Assembly: GCF_023585745.1 (NCBI RefSeq) | Contig: NZ_CP097762.1 | Coordinates: forward strand, 630,001-662,000 | From: Candidatus Saccharimonadota bacterium | GTDB taxonomy: Bacteria; Pseudomonadota; Gammaproteobacteria; Enterobacterales; Enterobacteriaceae | Reading direction: 5' to 3' | DNA: 32,000 nucleotides | Shown here: positions 12,186-22,430 of the stretch, piece by piece | How positions within the stretch are numbered: the stretch's first letter is position 1 | Layout: the number at the start of each line of letters is the position of its first letter | Program-made: the position numbers and the translations under genes | Notes under the pieces: generated by a model | Told to the model about the DNA's origin: nothing | Database searches by the model: none | Seen by the model: only the letters and a program-made list of their open reading frames with translations

Positions 12186-12563
12186 TCAATGGGATTTTTT
12201 GTTTTTTGTACCGTATTTAGAGCGGCCTTTTTTTCGAGAATTAACGCCTGAGCAGTCAAGAGCGCCTCGAATCACATGGTACCGTACACCTGGTAAATCT
12301 TTAACGCGACCTCCTCTAATCAGAATAGAAGAGTGTTCCTGTAGATTGTGCCCCTCCCCTCCTATATAAGAGGTTACTTCTAGCCCATTAGTTAATCGCA
12401 CGCGACATACTTTTCTTAATGCAGAATTCGGTTTTTTTGGAGTAGTGGTGTATACTCGTATGCATACGCCTCTTTTTTGAGGACATGCATTTAACGCTGG
12501 AACAGTGCTTTTAAAGGTCTTTTTGGGACGTGCAGTGCGTACAAGTTGGTTGATGGTAGTCAT
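12186..12563 (-). CDS. rpsL: 30S ribosomal protein S12
   Basis: [52 protein letters not shown] is near-identical to E. coli S12. The wild-type Lys residues in TPKKPNS and in GGRVKDLPG are present. Confidence 0.99.
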   Translation of the reverse strand: MTTINQLVRTARPKKTFKSTVPALNACPQKRGVCIRVYTTTPKKPNSALRKVCRVRLTNGLEVTSYIGGEGHNLQEHSSILIRGGRVKDLPGVRYHVIRGALDCSGVNSRKKGRSKYGTKNKKSH

Positions 12564-12651
12564 TATTAAATTTCCTATCTCTTAATTTTCAATTATATTA
12601 ATTTTTATTATACATTATTAATGGCATTTTAGATGTAATGTTGGTTCAAAA

Positions 12652-12680
12652 ATGCTATTATTATTGAATAATAAAGTCAA
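12652..12680 (-). promoter_or_regulatory. Candidate sigma70 promoter for rpsL / the str operon
   Basis: On the minus strand: TTGACT (12680-12675), a 17-nt spacer, then TAGCAT (12657-12652), about 90 nt upstream of the rpsL ATG. A G/C-containing -35 hexamer is uncommon in this AT-rich spacer, but hexamer matching here is weak evidence. Confidence 0.25.
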
Positions 12681-13084
12681 GAGAATTATATTACTACCCA
12701 GTAGTTTGTTGCTACTTTATAGAAAGATGTATTGATTTTATCGTTATTGTTATAACACAAATTTTAATATAATTAAAAAATTATTCTGATTTATTTATCA
12801 AATAGGAATTTTTATCAAAATTACACTATGCATAAATTATACAAAATTAATACGAATAATTAAATAGTGTATTAGCATATAATTAGTTGTTTTGCAAAAG
12901 CGCGTTATTAGTTGCTATATTACGTGTCTTCACATTATTTCATAAAATATTATGTTTTATATATTATAGATTTAAGTATATTAACTATATACTATTAGTG
13001 TAGTCATGTTTTTGAGAAGTAGTATACTGAAAATAGAGAGAGTTTGATTCGCATTTGTTGTATTTTAAATTGGGGTATATTTAA

Positions 13085-13159
13085 GTTAATAGATAATTCC
13101 GGTCAACGCTAAAGAAATAATAGAAATAAATAAAATAAATTTAATAAGTAATGATTTCA
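13085..13159 (-). other. Candidate 24-codon hydrophobic small ORF (MKSLLIKFILFISIISLALTGIIY); possibly a relic of an exported-protein signal peptide such as fkpA
   Basis: ATG at 13159, TAA at 13087-13085, AAGG 6 nt upstream of the ATG. The sequence is signal-peptide or TM-like. It starts MKSL like E. coli FkpA (MKSLFKV...), and its orientation and position upstream of rpsL match the E. coli map. An open frame of 24 codons has roughly a 10% chance at a given ATG in this composition. Confidence 0.2.
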
Positions 13160-13531
13160 TAGATTGCCTTGTTATAATAATTTTATATGATTATTTATAT
13201 AGAATGTTTTCTAATTCTGAGTAGTTAATTTTTTATTATTTTAAATTTAATACTATAGATATATTTATATAGTATACTATTAGTGTTTATAAAAGTTAAT
13301 AGTTTAAAAATATTATGAGTGATATGTCTATTAAGTATTAAATTAGTGTTTGTTTATATTTTAAATTAGACAGGTAATACTTTAAATGATATTAAACTTA
13401 TAGGGGTGTTAGTATTTTTATTTGACAAATATGATGTTTCATATTGATTAATAAATCGATCATGATTTGATTACATTGATAATAGATTATAATATTGATG
13501 TGTAATGTTTATACATATAAACTATATTTAG

Positions 13532-13561
13532 TATTTAACTTAAGTGATTACTTAAGTTAAA
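13532..13561. repeat. Perfect 13-bp inverted repeat with 4-nt loop (atttaacttaagt / gatt / acttaagttaaat)
   Basis: Read directly from the sequence. Followed on the + strand by tgtattgtttgtt. It lies inside the gene-free spacer. Confidence 0.9.
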
Positions 13562-14244
13562 TGTATTGTTTGTTGAGCGTTCGTTTAAGTATATTAATTG
13601 TTTAGTTTAAATGTTCATTTTGTTAAATAATACAGTTTTGTTAATAACAAAAATATCTAATATATAGGAATTAATAGTATGTGGTGGTATAACGCTATTG
13701 GTCATACTAATAACTATAATACAGTAAATGGTTAGTATGAATAATTTTAGAAGTTTTATTTATTGAGAGTTATGTGAATGTTTCGGTGTGTTATGATAGA
13801 TTTATAGATTAGTTTTTGATAAAAATTTTCTATTATTTACAATAGAATTATAATAATGTTAATTGTTTGTTTGCCAATAAAAATTTGATTTTTTTTGAAA
13901 AATTAATATTGTTTGATTTTAGGAGAAAAAACTATAATTGATAATTGCATAATATATTACACATTGTGTAATAGAACTTAATGTAATTAAGGTACCGGAG
14001 GTAGTTTTATAAATATTGATAAAAATTTCTATTTTTAGAAATTAAGATGTTTATGAAATTAAATAGTGTTAGATTGATTTTTGGGTATTTAGTGCGCTCA
14101 ATAAAAGTAGAGGGTGTTATGGAAATATTGTTACTATAGTAGTAAATTTAATATTTATAGATGAATATATTTTGAAGCGTAATGGTTGTTTAGAACTGCG
14201 TGATTTAGTAGTTTATATGTTGAATGGTTATTTCTAATGTAATT

Positions 14245-14823
14245 TTATAGAAAGTTAGCTAGGATATTGTGTCCTTGTTCACTTAATACGCTTTCTGGAT
14301 GAAACTGTACACCTTCTGTTTTGAAGGTTTTATGACGGATACCCATAATTTCTATTAAGTTGTTGTTATTTATAACATTCCAGGCTGTTATCTCCAAACA
14401 TTTGGGCAGGGTATTTGTCTCTACTATCCAGGAATGATAACGTATCACATTTAATGGTTGTGTTATTCCTGAAAAAACCCCAGAGTTATTATGATAAATT
14501 TTGGAGGGTTTTCCATGCATTATTTTATGCGCACGTCGTAGTTTGGCGCCAAAAAATTGGGCTATTGCTTGATGTCCTAAACATATTCCAAGAATAGGCA
14601 ATATTTTATGAAAATAAGCAATTACTTCTAGTGAGATGCCTGCGTTTTTTGGAACGCCAGGTCCTGGAGAAATAATTAAATGTGTAGGGGATAATTGTTT
14701 AATATCTGCTATGTGAATATTATCATTTCTTTTGACTTGTACGATTTTTCCCATTTCTCGGAAATATTGATATAAATTCCAAGTAAAGGAATCATAATTA
14801 TCTATAATAAGTATTTTATTCAT
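14245..14823 (-). CDS. pabA: Aminodeoxychorismate synthase glutamine amidotransferase component (PabA/TrpG-type class I GATase)
   Basis: [31 protein letters not shown] (catalytic Cys) and [22 protein letters not shown] (His/Glu) match E. coli PabA end to end. Its map position between rpsL and trpS fits pabA. Confidence 0.9.
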   Translation of the reverse strand: MNKILIIDNYDSFTWNLYQYFREMGKIVQVKRNDNIHIADIKQLSPTHLIISPGPGVPKNAGISLEVIAYFHKILPILGICLGHQAIAQFFGAKLRRAHKIMHGKPSKIYHNNSGVFSGITQPLNVIRYHSWIVETNTLPKCLEITAWNVINNNNLIEIMGIRHKTFKTEGVQFHPESVLSEQGHNILANFL

Positions 14824-15076
14824 TATAAGATCCTAATTATTTTAGGCTTGTAATTAAAGGTATAGTTATTTAACGATGATATTTATATGTAAAAATACAA
14901 ATTATGTATATGATATATTATAGTGATATTTTATGTATTTAATACGTGATTTTTTTGTAAAAAATATTACATAATTATTGTGTATTTTTGAATGAGCTAT
15001 TTCATAGAATCTTTGCTTTTTACATTTTAAATTTAAAATACTACTGTATTAGTGTATAAAAATGAAACTAATTATT

Positions 15077-16087
15077 TTAAGTTAATAGTCCAATTGTTTT
15101 TTGTACTTTATATAACATGAGTTGAGCTTTTTTTCGCGCTTTTTTTGCTCCAGCATCTAGAATAGAATATAACTTATCTTCGTTATTACGTTCAATACAG
15201 TAACGATCTTGTAGTGGTGTTAGTATTAGTGATATCGCTTGTATAATTGCAGTCTTTAGTTGGGAATAAGTTTTATTTAGAAATATTTTTTCTAAATATA
15301 CAATAGGTTGCTCACGTATTCCTGAAAGAATTTCTAATAAATTAGAAATACCAGGTTTCTTAATAAGATCATATTTAATTATTGGTGGATTATCAGTATC
15401 AGTAATTGATTTTTTTATTTTTTTTGATGCGATGCTAATATCATCTAAAAGAGTAATAATATTATTAGGGTTATGATCAGATTTAGACATTTTTTTGTAT
15501 GGGTCTAATAGTGACATAATACGAGCACCATAGTTGGGAATTAATATTTTTGGTATAACAAAAATAGTATTATTGTATTTATAATTAAAGCGTTTAGCAA
15601 TATTTTGTGTTAGTTCTAAGTGTTGTTTTTGGTCTTCACCTACCGGAACAAAATTAGTTTGATATAGCAAAATATCTGAAGCCATTAATACTGGGTAATT
15701 AAATAATCCAAGATTAATGTGATTTTTTTGTTGAATAGTTGATTTTGTTTTAAATTGATTCATGCGTTGTAGTTCCCCAAAATATGTATAGCAGGTTAAT
15801 AACCAATTTAGTTGACTATGTTCTGGGACATGAGATTGAATAAATATTATGCTATTATTTGGATTAATACCGCATGCTAAATATAATGCTAGAGTGTCTA
15901 GTGACATTTCATATAATTTATATGGCGTTTTATTATCATGATTTGTAATAGAGTGTAAATCAGCTATACAATATATACATTGATAGTTATATTGCATTTT
16001 AACCCATTGTCGTATTGCTCCGATATAATTACCAATAGTAAGTTGTCCGGATGGTTGAGTGCCACTAAATACAATTGGTTTATTCAT
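15077..16087 (-). CDS. trpS: Tryptophan--tRNA ligase
   Basis: [41 protein letters not shown] and the KMSKS motif (KKMSKSD) are collinear with E. coli TrpS. Confidence 0.98.
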   Translation of the reverse strand: MNKPIVFSGTQPSGQLTIGNYIGAIRQWVKMQYNYQCIYCIADLHSITNHDNKTPYKLYEMSLDTLALYLACGINPNNSIIFIQSHVPEHSQLNWLLTCYTYFGELQRMNQFKTKSTIQQKNHINLGLFNYPVLMASDILLYQTNFVPVGEDQKQHLELTQNIAKRFNYKYNNTIFVIPKILIPNYGARIMSLLDPYKKMSKSDHNPNNIITLLDDISIASKKIKKSITDTDNPPIIKYDLIKKPGISNLLEILSGIREQPIVYLEKIFLNKTYSQLKTAIIQAISLILTPLQDRYCIERNNEDKLYSILDAGAKKARKKAQLMLYKVQKTIGLLT

Positions 16088-16294
16088 AGTATTATTTTAT
16101 AATGTAAATATAGTATTTTGTTTTTATTGTTTAGTTTATATTAATAATTACTTTAAAATATTTGATTTATTAAATTTTAAATCGATTAAATTTAATTGAT
16201 TTAAAGTATGCATATAATTAGTAATTGAGATTAGTTAATTTAATTAAATATTATGGTATATATTGTGTTATTTTTTAATTAAAAGTATTATTTT

Positions 16295-16963
16295 TTATGT
16301 TTTTGATAATATGCAGCGAAGAGTATTTATAATTTTATGATAATTTGGAGCTTTAAAAATAGCGGATCCTATAACAAACAAATTAGCGCCAGCTTTTGAA
16401 ATTTCATATATATTGCTTGTATTAATTCCTCCATCTACTGATAAATCAATATTGCGATTAACATTATCTATAAGTTTACGTGTTTTACATATTTTTTTTA
16501 AAATTGTTGGAATAAATACTTGTCCGCTAAAACCTGGATTTACTGCCATTAATACGATTAGATCAATTTTATCCATTAAATATTCTAGATAATTGAGCGT
16601 GGTGCTAGGGTTAAAAACTAATCCTGCTTTGCAGCCATGTTCTTTAATTAATTCTACAGATCGATCAATATGTTCTGTTGTTTCTGGATGAAAACTAATG
16701 TAATCCGCTCCCACAGAAGCAAAATCTAATATTAATTGGTCTATTGGTTTTGTCATGAGATGCACATCTATAGGAATATTAATGCCATATTCCCGCAAAG
16801 ATTTTAATACCATAGATCCCATGCTTAAGTTTGGAACATAATGATTATCCATTACATCAAAATGTAATATATCTGCTCCAGCAGATATGACATTAGTAAC
16901 ATCTTCTCCTAATTTAGAAAAATTTGCTGAAAGGATGGATGGCGCTATTAAGAAATGTTTCAT
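16295..16963 (-). CDS. rpe: Ribulose-phosphate 3-epimerase
   Basis: LIAPSILSANFSKLGEDV, HFDVMDNHYVPNLS and CKAGLVFNP match E. coli Rpe. The track ORF starts at TTG 16978; the ATG at 16963 (MKHFLIAPS) aligns with the E. coli MKQYLIAPS. Confidence 0.96.
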   Translation of the reverse strand: MKHFLIAPSILSANFSKLGEDVTNVISAGADILHFDVMDNHYVPNLSMGSMVLKSLREYGINIPIDVHLMTKPIDQLILDFASVGADYISFHPETTEHIDRSVELIKEHGCKAGLVFNPSTTLNYLEYLMDKIDLIVLMAVNPGFSGQVFIPTILKKICKTRKLIDNVNRNIDLSVDGGINTSNIYEISKAGANLFVIGSAIFKAPNYHKIINTLRCILSKT

Positions 16964-17261
16964 TATAATTCTCGACAAAATTTAATGTTATAAAATATAA
17001 ATAGATCTTAAAATTTAAGTGAATTGTTTTGTTGATGTATTAGTGGTATTCTTATTATAAGAAATACGTATTTTATATCTTATAAAATATAATATATTAC
17101 ATATACTATTATATGTTTTATATATAGTATATAGTTAAAATTTAATATGTTGCGCAAAATACCATATATGTAGTTTTAATTTTTAATTAAGTTTTATATA
17201 TAAATTTAAATTTATATTATAATATAATTTATATGTTTAAATGTTGTTATTGCATTGTGTG

Positions 17262-17287
17262 GTTCTAATTTTCTAAAAAATTAGAAC
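17262..17287 (-). terminator. Hairpin 54 nt downstream of the aroB stop (11-bp perfect stem, 4-nt loop); possible end of the aroK-aroB unit
   Basis: gttctaatttt / ctaa / aaaattagaac, read directly. The tail on the minus strand (CACACAAUGCAAU) is not U-rich, so assignment as an intrinsic terminator is weak. Confidence 0.25.
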
Positions 17288-17340
17288 AATAAATATATAC
17301 GTAATTATACGTGTTTTCACGTTATTAATATTAAATATTC

Positions 17341-18429
17341 TTAATAAGAATTATTCTGAATAGATAATGATATTACTTCCGGTTTAACATTAAAAAATGT
17401 TTTTACTTTTCCTATAGCAATAGGTAACACTAAATTTATTTGTGTTGAATTTGATTTCTTGTCGCGTATCATATATTTCATATAATTTTTAGGCGTCATG
17501 TTTTTAGGGCCTTGTACAGGTAAATTAGCTCTTTTTAATAATAATATTACACGTTTAGCATCGTTTTTATCAAATTGTTTTAAATGTAATGCAGCGTTTA
17601 TCGCCATAATTATTCCTGCTGATACGGCTTCTCCATGAGACCATTGTGCATATTTCTGATATGACTCTATTGCATGTCCATAGGTGTGACCTAAATTTAG
17701 TGAGCTTCTGGCATGTTGATCATATTCATCTAGCTCAACTATGTATTTTTTTAATTCGCAACAACGACGAATACAATATGTCATTGTTGATGGATTTAGA
17801 GTTAATAAATTGTTTAAATTATTTTCTAACCAGTTAAAAAAATTTGCATCAAGTGCGATAGCGTATTTTATTATTTCTGCTAATCCTGCAGAAAAATCTT
17901 TAGTTTTTAGTGTATGTAGAACACTTGGATTAATAAGTACTGCAATGGGTTGATAGAAAGCACCTATCATATTTTTCCCAAGTGTATGATTAATGCCAGT
18001 TTTTCCGCCAATAGCTGCATCTACCTGTGAAAGCAGTGTCGTAGGGACTTGAATAAAACGTATTCCACGCTGGTATGTTGCAGCAGCGAATCCAGTTATA
18101 TCCCCAATAACTCCTCCTCCTACAGCAATTAGGATTGTATTTACTCGGTCATAATTATTTTTTAATAATTTGGTAAATATTTGGTTGAGTATATTTAACG
18201 ATTTATTTTTTTCACCATCTGGTAAAATTAATTGATCAGTTTTAATTCCTGATCTATTTAATAGAGTGGTTAATTTATCTAAATATATAGGCGCTACTTT
18301 ATTATTAGTTATAAATACGATTTGATCATTTATGTTTATTGGCCAAAAAGATGAAAAATCATCAAATAATTTATTTGTAATAATAATAGGATAAGTTTTT
18401 TTGTGCAATCTGACAATAATTTTTTCCAT
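17341..18429 (-). CDS. aroB: 3-dehydroquinate synthase
   Basis: RGIRFIQVPTTLLSQVDAAIGGKTGINHTLGKNMIGAFYQP, CIRRCCELK and LNLGHTYGHAIE match E. coli AroB. Confidence 0.97.
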   Translation of the reverse strand: MEKIIVRLHKKTYPIIITNKLFDDFSSFWPININDQIVFITNNKVAPIYLDKLTTLLNRSGIKTDQLILPDGEKNKSLNILNQIFTKLLKNNYDRVNTILIAVGGGVIGDITGFAAATYQRGIRFIQVPTTLLSQVDAAIGGKTGINHTLGKNMIGAFYQPIAVLINPSVLHTLKTKDFSAGLAEIIKYAIALDANFFNWLENNLNNLLTLNPSTMTYCIRRCCELKKYIVELDEYDQHARSSLNLGHTYGHAIESYQKYAQWSHGEAVSAGIIMAINAALHLKQFDKNDAKRVILLLKRANLPVQGPKNMTPKNYMKYMIRDKKSNSTQINLVLPIAIGKVKTFFNVKPEVISLSIQNNSY

Positions 18430-18482
18430 AATAAAATTATATATTTTATATATGATGATATTTAATAAATTTTATAAAATTG

Positions 18483-19019
18483 CTAAGTATTTTTTTGATT
18501 ACGCAGTGTTATAATTTTATTAATTAGAACTTTGATATTTTGTTCGTCAGTTAATATTGTTATATCTGCAATTTCTTCATACAGAGGATTCCGTTCTTTA
18601 GCTAATTTTTCTAAAAATGTACGAATATTTTGTTTTGATGTTGATTTTCTTAATAAAGGACGTCTTTTATCGTGTTTTGTTCGAATTAATTGTTTATCTA
18701 TAGTTGTTTCTAGATATACCACTAGCCCACGTGTTAATAAATTATTTCTGGTTATATGAGAAATAATAGATCCGCCTCCAGTAGCCAAAACTATACCTTG
18801 TTTTTTTGTTAGTTCATTGATAATTTTTTCTTCTCTATCACGAAATTTTATTTCTCCCTCTACATCAAATACCCAGCTAATATTTGCTCCAGTATGAGCT
18901 TCAATCGCTTGATCTGAATCAAAAAAACTCATGTTTAATTGATTTGCTAATTGGCGTCCAATAGTGCTTTTTCCTGCTCCCATGGGTCCTATTAAAAAAA
19001 TGTTATTTTTCTTTAACAT
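18483..19019 (-). CDS. aroK: Shikimate kinase I
   Basis: [32 protein letters not shown] (Walker A), [10 protein letters not shown] and [13 protein letters not shown] match E. coli AroK. Located immediately upstream of aroB, as in E. coli. Confidence 0.97.
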   Translation of the reverse strand: MLKKNNIFLIGPMGAGKSTIGRQLANQLNMSFFDSDQAIEAHTGANISWVFDVEGEIKFRDREEKIINELTKKQGIVLATGGGSIISHITRNNLLTRGLVVYLETTIDKQLIRTKHDKRRPLLRKSTSKQNIRTFLEKLAKERNPLYEEIADITILTDEQNIKVLINKIITLRNQKNT

Positions 19020-19268
19020 ACGTTGTTGCCATTATAAAATTATTTATAAATATTTTATGTTTATTTTTCATAAATATTTAATCAATTTTTGTTTTTGTTT
19101 AAAAGCGTTACTAACAAAAAATATTAAAAATTTTTAATTGTATAATTTAATATAAGTCGTGCATATAATTTCATATTGTTAACTGCAAATGGCATATTAT
19201 AGTATATGTTAATTTTAATACAAATTTTTTTGTAGATGCAATGTAATACACAAACTTATTTATTATTT

Positions 19269-19296
19269 TATACTTGCAAAGTTGCTTGCAAGTATA
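19269..19296 (+). terminator. Orphan terminator-like hairpin (10-bp stem tatacttgca/tgcaagtata, 8-nt loop) followed by TAGTTTTGTGTT
   Basis: Read directly. The stem has 3 G:C pairs in a roughly 17% G+C spacer, and a T-rich tail follows on the + strand only. No annotated + strand gene lies upstream, so it could be a relic or the end of an unannotated small transcript. Confidence 0.3.
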
Positions 19297-20300
19297 TAGT
19301 TTTGTGTTAATAAATATTAATTTATACTCGTATTAATACATATATTTTTAATATTGGTAATAATATATAATATATAGTGCTTTTTTATTAGTAGTAAAGT
19401 AATTTTATAGAAATTATTATATAATTTTATGGTACTAATATTTTTAGTGTCATCTTGTTAGTTATAGTTAATGTAAAACTAAATGTATATATATTAATTG
19501 GTCGATAAATAGCTATAAGTTTTTGATCTTTGTACAAATTTAAAAATAAATTTATATAAAATTTTTATTGATTTTTTATATTGTTGTAGTGTCAATTGAA
19601 TATTGACAGAGTTTATATTTGTATATTTCATACATTTTTTTATTAGGTATTTACTAAATTAGTTAGGATTAAAGATTTTATTTATATTAAGCTTTAATAT
19701 ATAGTATGTATTAGAACGCATATTAAGTATGTAGTTTATATTTTAATGACATCCTGTTATTTTTAAGGAATTTTGTTAAGTTTTATGTTTCAGTGCATTG
19801 AATTTATTTTTTTACAAAATATTAATTTTTGGTAATGTTTATTTTTGATAAAATTTAATTGTGAAAAATGAACGTTGTGTATTAATAATTTTAATTTTAT
19901 TGAAAATTAAAGATTTTGTTTTAAATAGAATAAATTTCATTTAAAAGGTTACGATATGTTAGTAAGGAAATATGGGAATTTAGGTATAAATATTGTATTT
20001 TATAATGCGCATGAATTAGATTAATTTTATATTGATAGTTTTATTTTAGAGCATTGTGTACTATAAAATAGTATTTTAAATAGTTGAAAATTTATTTTTT
20101 ATAGTGTGTAAAGTTCTTGTGAAGATTTTATATGGATTTACTAATATTTTTATATTAAGAGTTAATATGATATAACCATAATGGTTTTTGATGAAGATAG
20201 TTGTATTAATAATACATAATAATTTTGATGTATTAAATTAAATTGATTATAATTACTTATAAAATATTGTTATATAACCGGATTCATAAATTAATAGATT

Positions 20301-20894
20301 ATGATTAATATATCTTCTGCAGCGCAGGAATATTTTATTAAATTATTGTCGGATAAGAAAAAAAATACTCAGATTAGAATTTTTGTAATCAATCCTGGTA
20401 CTGATCAGGCAAAGTGTGGTATTTGTTTTTGTTTTCCTGAAGAGTTTAAATATAATGATGTTATTATCAAATTTGAATGTTTTTCTGTTCGTATAGAACA
20501 GAATTATACGGTCTTTTTAAAAGATACGAAAATTGATGTTATGGTAGTTGATACATTAGAAACACAACTTACTATTAAAGCTCCGAATATTTATAAAAAT
20601 TCTGATGACAATATTGAGAGTATATCTGGTTCTTCATTAGAAGAACGTGTTAATTATGTATTGCAACACCAGATTAATCCGTATTTAGCTCTTCATGGTG
20701 GGCATGTATCATTAATCCGAGTTACCCAGGATTTTTTTGCGGTTATTAAATTTTATGGTGGATGCAATGGCTGCGCGATGGCTAATAATACTATAAAGGA
20801 AGGGATAGAATTTACTTTAAAAAAAAATTTTCCGGAATTAAAAGGAGTACAAGATATTACGCAGCATCAACATGGTATTCATTCATATTATTAA
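20301..20894 (+). CDS. nfuA: Fe/S biogenesis protein NfuA
   Basis: MINISSAAQEYFIKLL, TQIRIFVINPGT, QLTIKAPN, GGCNGCAM (the CxxC of the Nfu domain) and a C-terminus of ELKGVQDITQHQHGIHSYY match E. coli NfuA. Confidence 0.95.
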   Translation: MINISSAAQEYFIKLLSDKKKNTQIRIFVINPGTDQAKCGICFCFPEEFKYNDVIIKFECFSVRIEQNYTVFLKDTKIDVMVVDTLETQLTIKAPNIYKNSDDNIESISGSSLEERVNYVLQHQINPYLALHGGHVSLIRVTQDFFAVIKFYGGCNGCAMANNTIKEGIEFTLKKNFPELKGVQDITQHQHGIHSYY

Positions 20895-21088
20895 TATTTT
20901 TATATGTAAAACATAATATTTTCTGTTCTATTTTCTATAGATATAGAGTTTTATACAAATATTTTTTATAAAATGATTGTCAAATATTTTATTATATTTT
21001 TTAAATTCGTATGATATATTGAGTTTTGAGTCATGAATACGTATATATTGGCACAATGTTATTGGAGCTTGGGTACAACTAAATTTAG

Positions 21089-22213
21089 TTAGGTTACTAA
21101 TTTAATTAGCATTCTGCGTAATGGTTCAGCTGCTCCCCACAATAACTGATCACCAACACTAAATGCTGAGATGTATTTTTTTCCTGCATTGAGTTTACGT
21201 AATCGACCGATTGGCACAGTGAGCGTACCGGAGACCCCCACTGGGGTCAGTTGTTTTAATGAGTGTATAGCTTCATTTGGGATGACTTTTACCCATTTGT
21301 TATGAGATTGTAATATTGTTTCAATCTCTTTTAGAGGGATATTTTTTTTTAGTTTTATCATAAAAGATTGGCTATGGCAGCGCAATGCTCCAACACGTGC
21401 GCACATACTATCAATTATAATAGGTTTATTATCAGTATAATTAAGAATTTTGTTGGTTTCTGCTTGTCCTTTCCATTCTTCTTGTGTTTGTCCGTGACAC
21501 ATATAATTACCAATCCACGGGATTATATTGCATATTAAAGGTGCTTTAAAACAATCTGTTGCTAATTTATCGGTTTTACTAAATGTAGTAATTTTATTTT
21601 CTAATTCTAAAATTTTCATAGCAGGAGATTTTGTTAGAGTATCATCTATAATGTTATATATTTGTTTTATTTGAGTAATTAATTCATATATAGCCCTTGC
21701 CCCATATCCAGATGCTGCTTGATATGTAGACACAAATATTTTTTCAATTAAATTATGAGCAAATAATCCACCTAAAGACATTAACATTAAACTTACAGTA
21801 CAATTGCCTCCTACGAATGTTTTTATTCCATTATTTATACTGTTTTCTATAAATAAATAATTAATAGGGTCTAGGATAATAATTGCATCTTTATTCATTC
21901 TTAAATGTGAAGCACTATCAATCCAGTATCCTGTCCAACCAGTTTTATTAAGTTTCGGATATATAATATTGCTATATGCGCTGCCTTGACATGTAACTAT
22001 AATATCTAAAGAATGCAATAGGTCTATATCCCAAGCGTTTTGCAACCGAAATTCTTGTGAATGCTGAATATTTGGAGCATTTTTTCCTATTTGAGATGTA
22101 GAAAAAAATATAGAATGAAAGTGTTTGAAATCATGGTTTTTTTTCATACGGTTTATTAATACGGAGCCTACCATGCCTCTCCATCCGACAAACCCAACAG
22201 TTTTCTTAGTCAT
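21089..22213 (-). CDS. asd: Aspartate-semialdehyde dehydrogenase
   Basis: VGFVGWRGMVGSVL, FVGGNCTVSLMLMSLGGLF (active-site Cys), EEWKGQAETNKILN and GDQLLWGAAEPLRRML match E. coli Asd. Confidence 0.98.
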   Translation of the reverse strand: MTKKTVGFVGWRGMVGSVLINRMKKNHDFKHFHSIFFSTSQIGKNAPNIQHSQEFRLQNAWDIDLLHSLDIIVTCQGSAYSNIIYPKLNKTGWTGYWIDSASHLRMNKDAIIILDPINYLFIENSINNGIKTFVGGNCTVSLMLMSLGGLFAHNLIEKIFVSTYQAASGYGARAIYELITQIKQIYNIIDDTLTKSPAMKILELENKITTFSKTDKLATDCFKAPLICNIIPWIGNYMCHGQTQEEWKGQAETNKILNYTDNKPIIIDSMCARVGALRCHSQSFMIKLKKNIPLKEIETILQSHNKWVKVIPNEAIHSLKQLTPVGVSGTLTVPIGRLRKLNAGKKYISAFSVGDQLLWGAAEPLRRMLIKLVT

Positions 22214-22430
22214 TTTTATTATTTAATATCATTTGTATATTTTATTAATATTAAAAAGATTGAATTTTATTTAAATGTTTTATGTAAAATATTACATATT
22301 CTAATATGTGATAACTAACATATTTAGTTATGTAAATATCATGTATTATATTGTGTGTAACAATGTTTATAATTTACTGCATAAAATTCGTAATGTATAT
22401 AAAACATAAATAACTTTTAGGAAAATAATA

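Noticed and set aside
12988-13286. 14-nt direct repeat tatactattagtgt at 12988-13001 and 13273-13286, and similar 12-13-mers such as aattaaatagtgt.
   Set aside because: Given the composition, tens of exact 14-mer coincidences are expected among all position pairs in 32 kb. There is no extension beyond 14 nt and no regular spacing, so this is not a CRISPR or tandem array.
19130-19150. TATAAT-like hexamers, for example ttgtataat at about 19139 and many others in every spacer, as candidate promoters.
   Set aside because: TATAAT-like strings occur constantly in roughly 80% A+T DNA. Without a -35 element, TSS data or conservation they carry no information. I list only the rpsL candidate, which has a G/C-containing TTGACT, and at low confidence.
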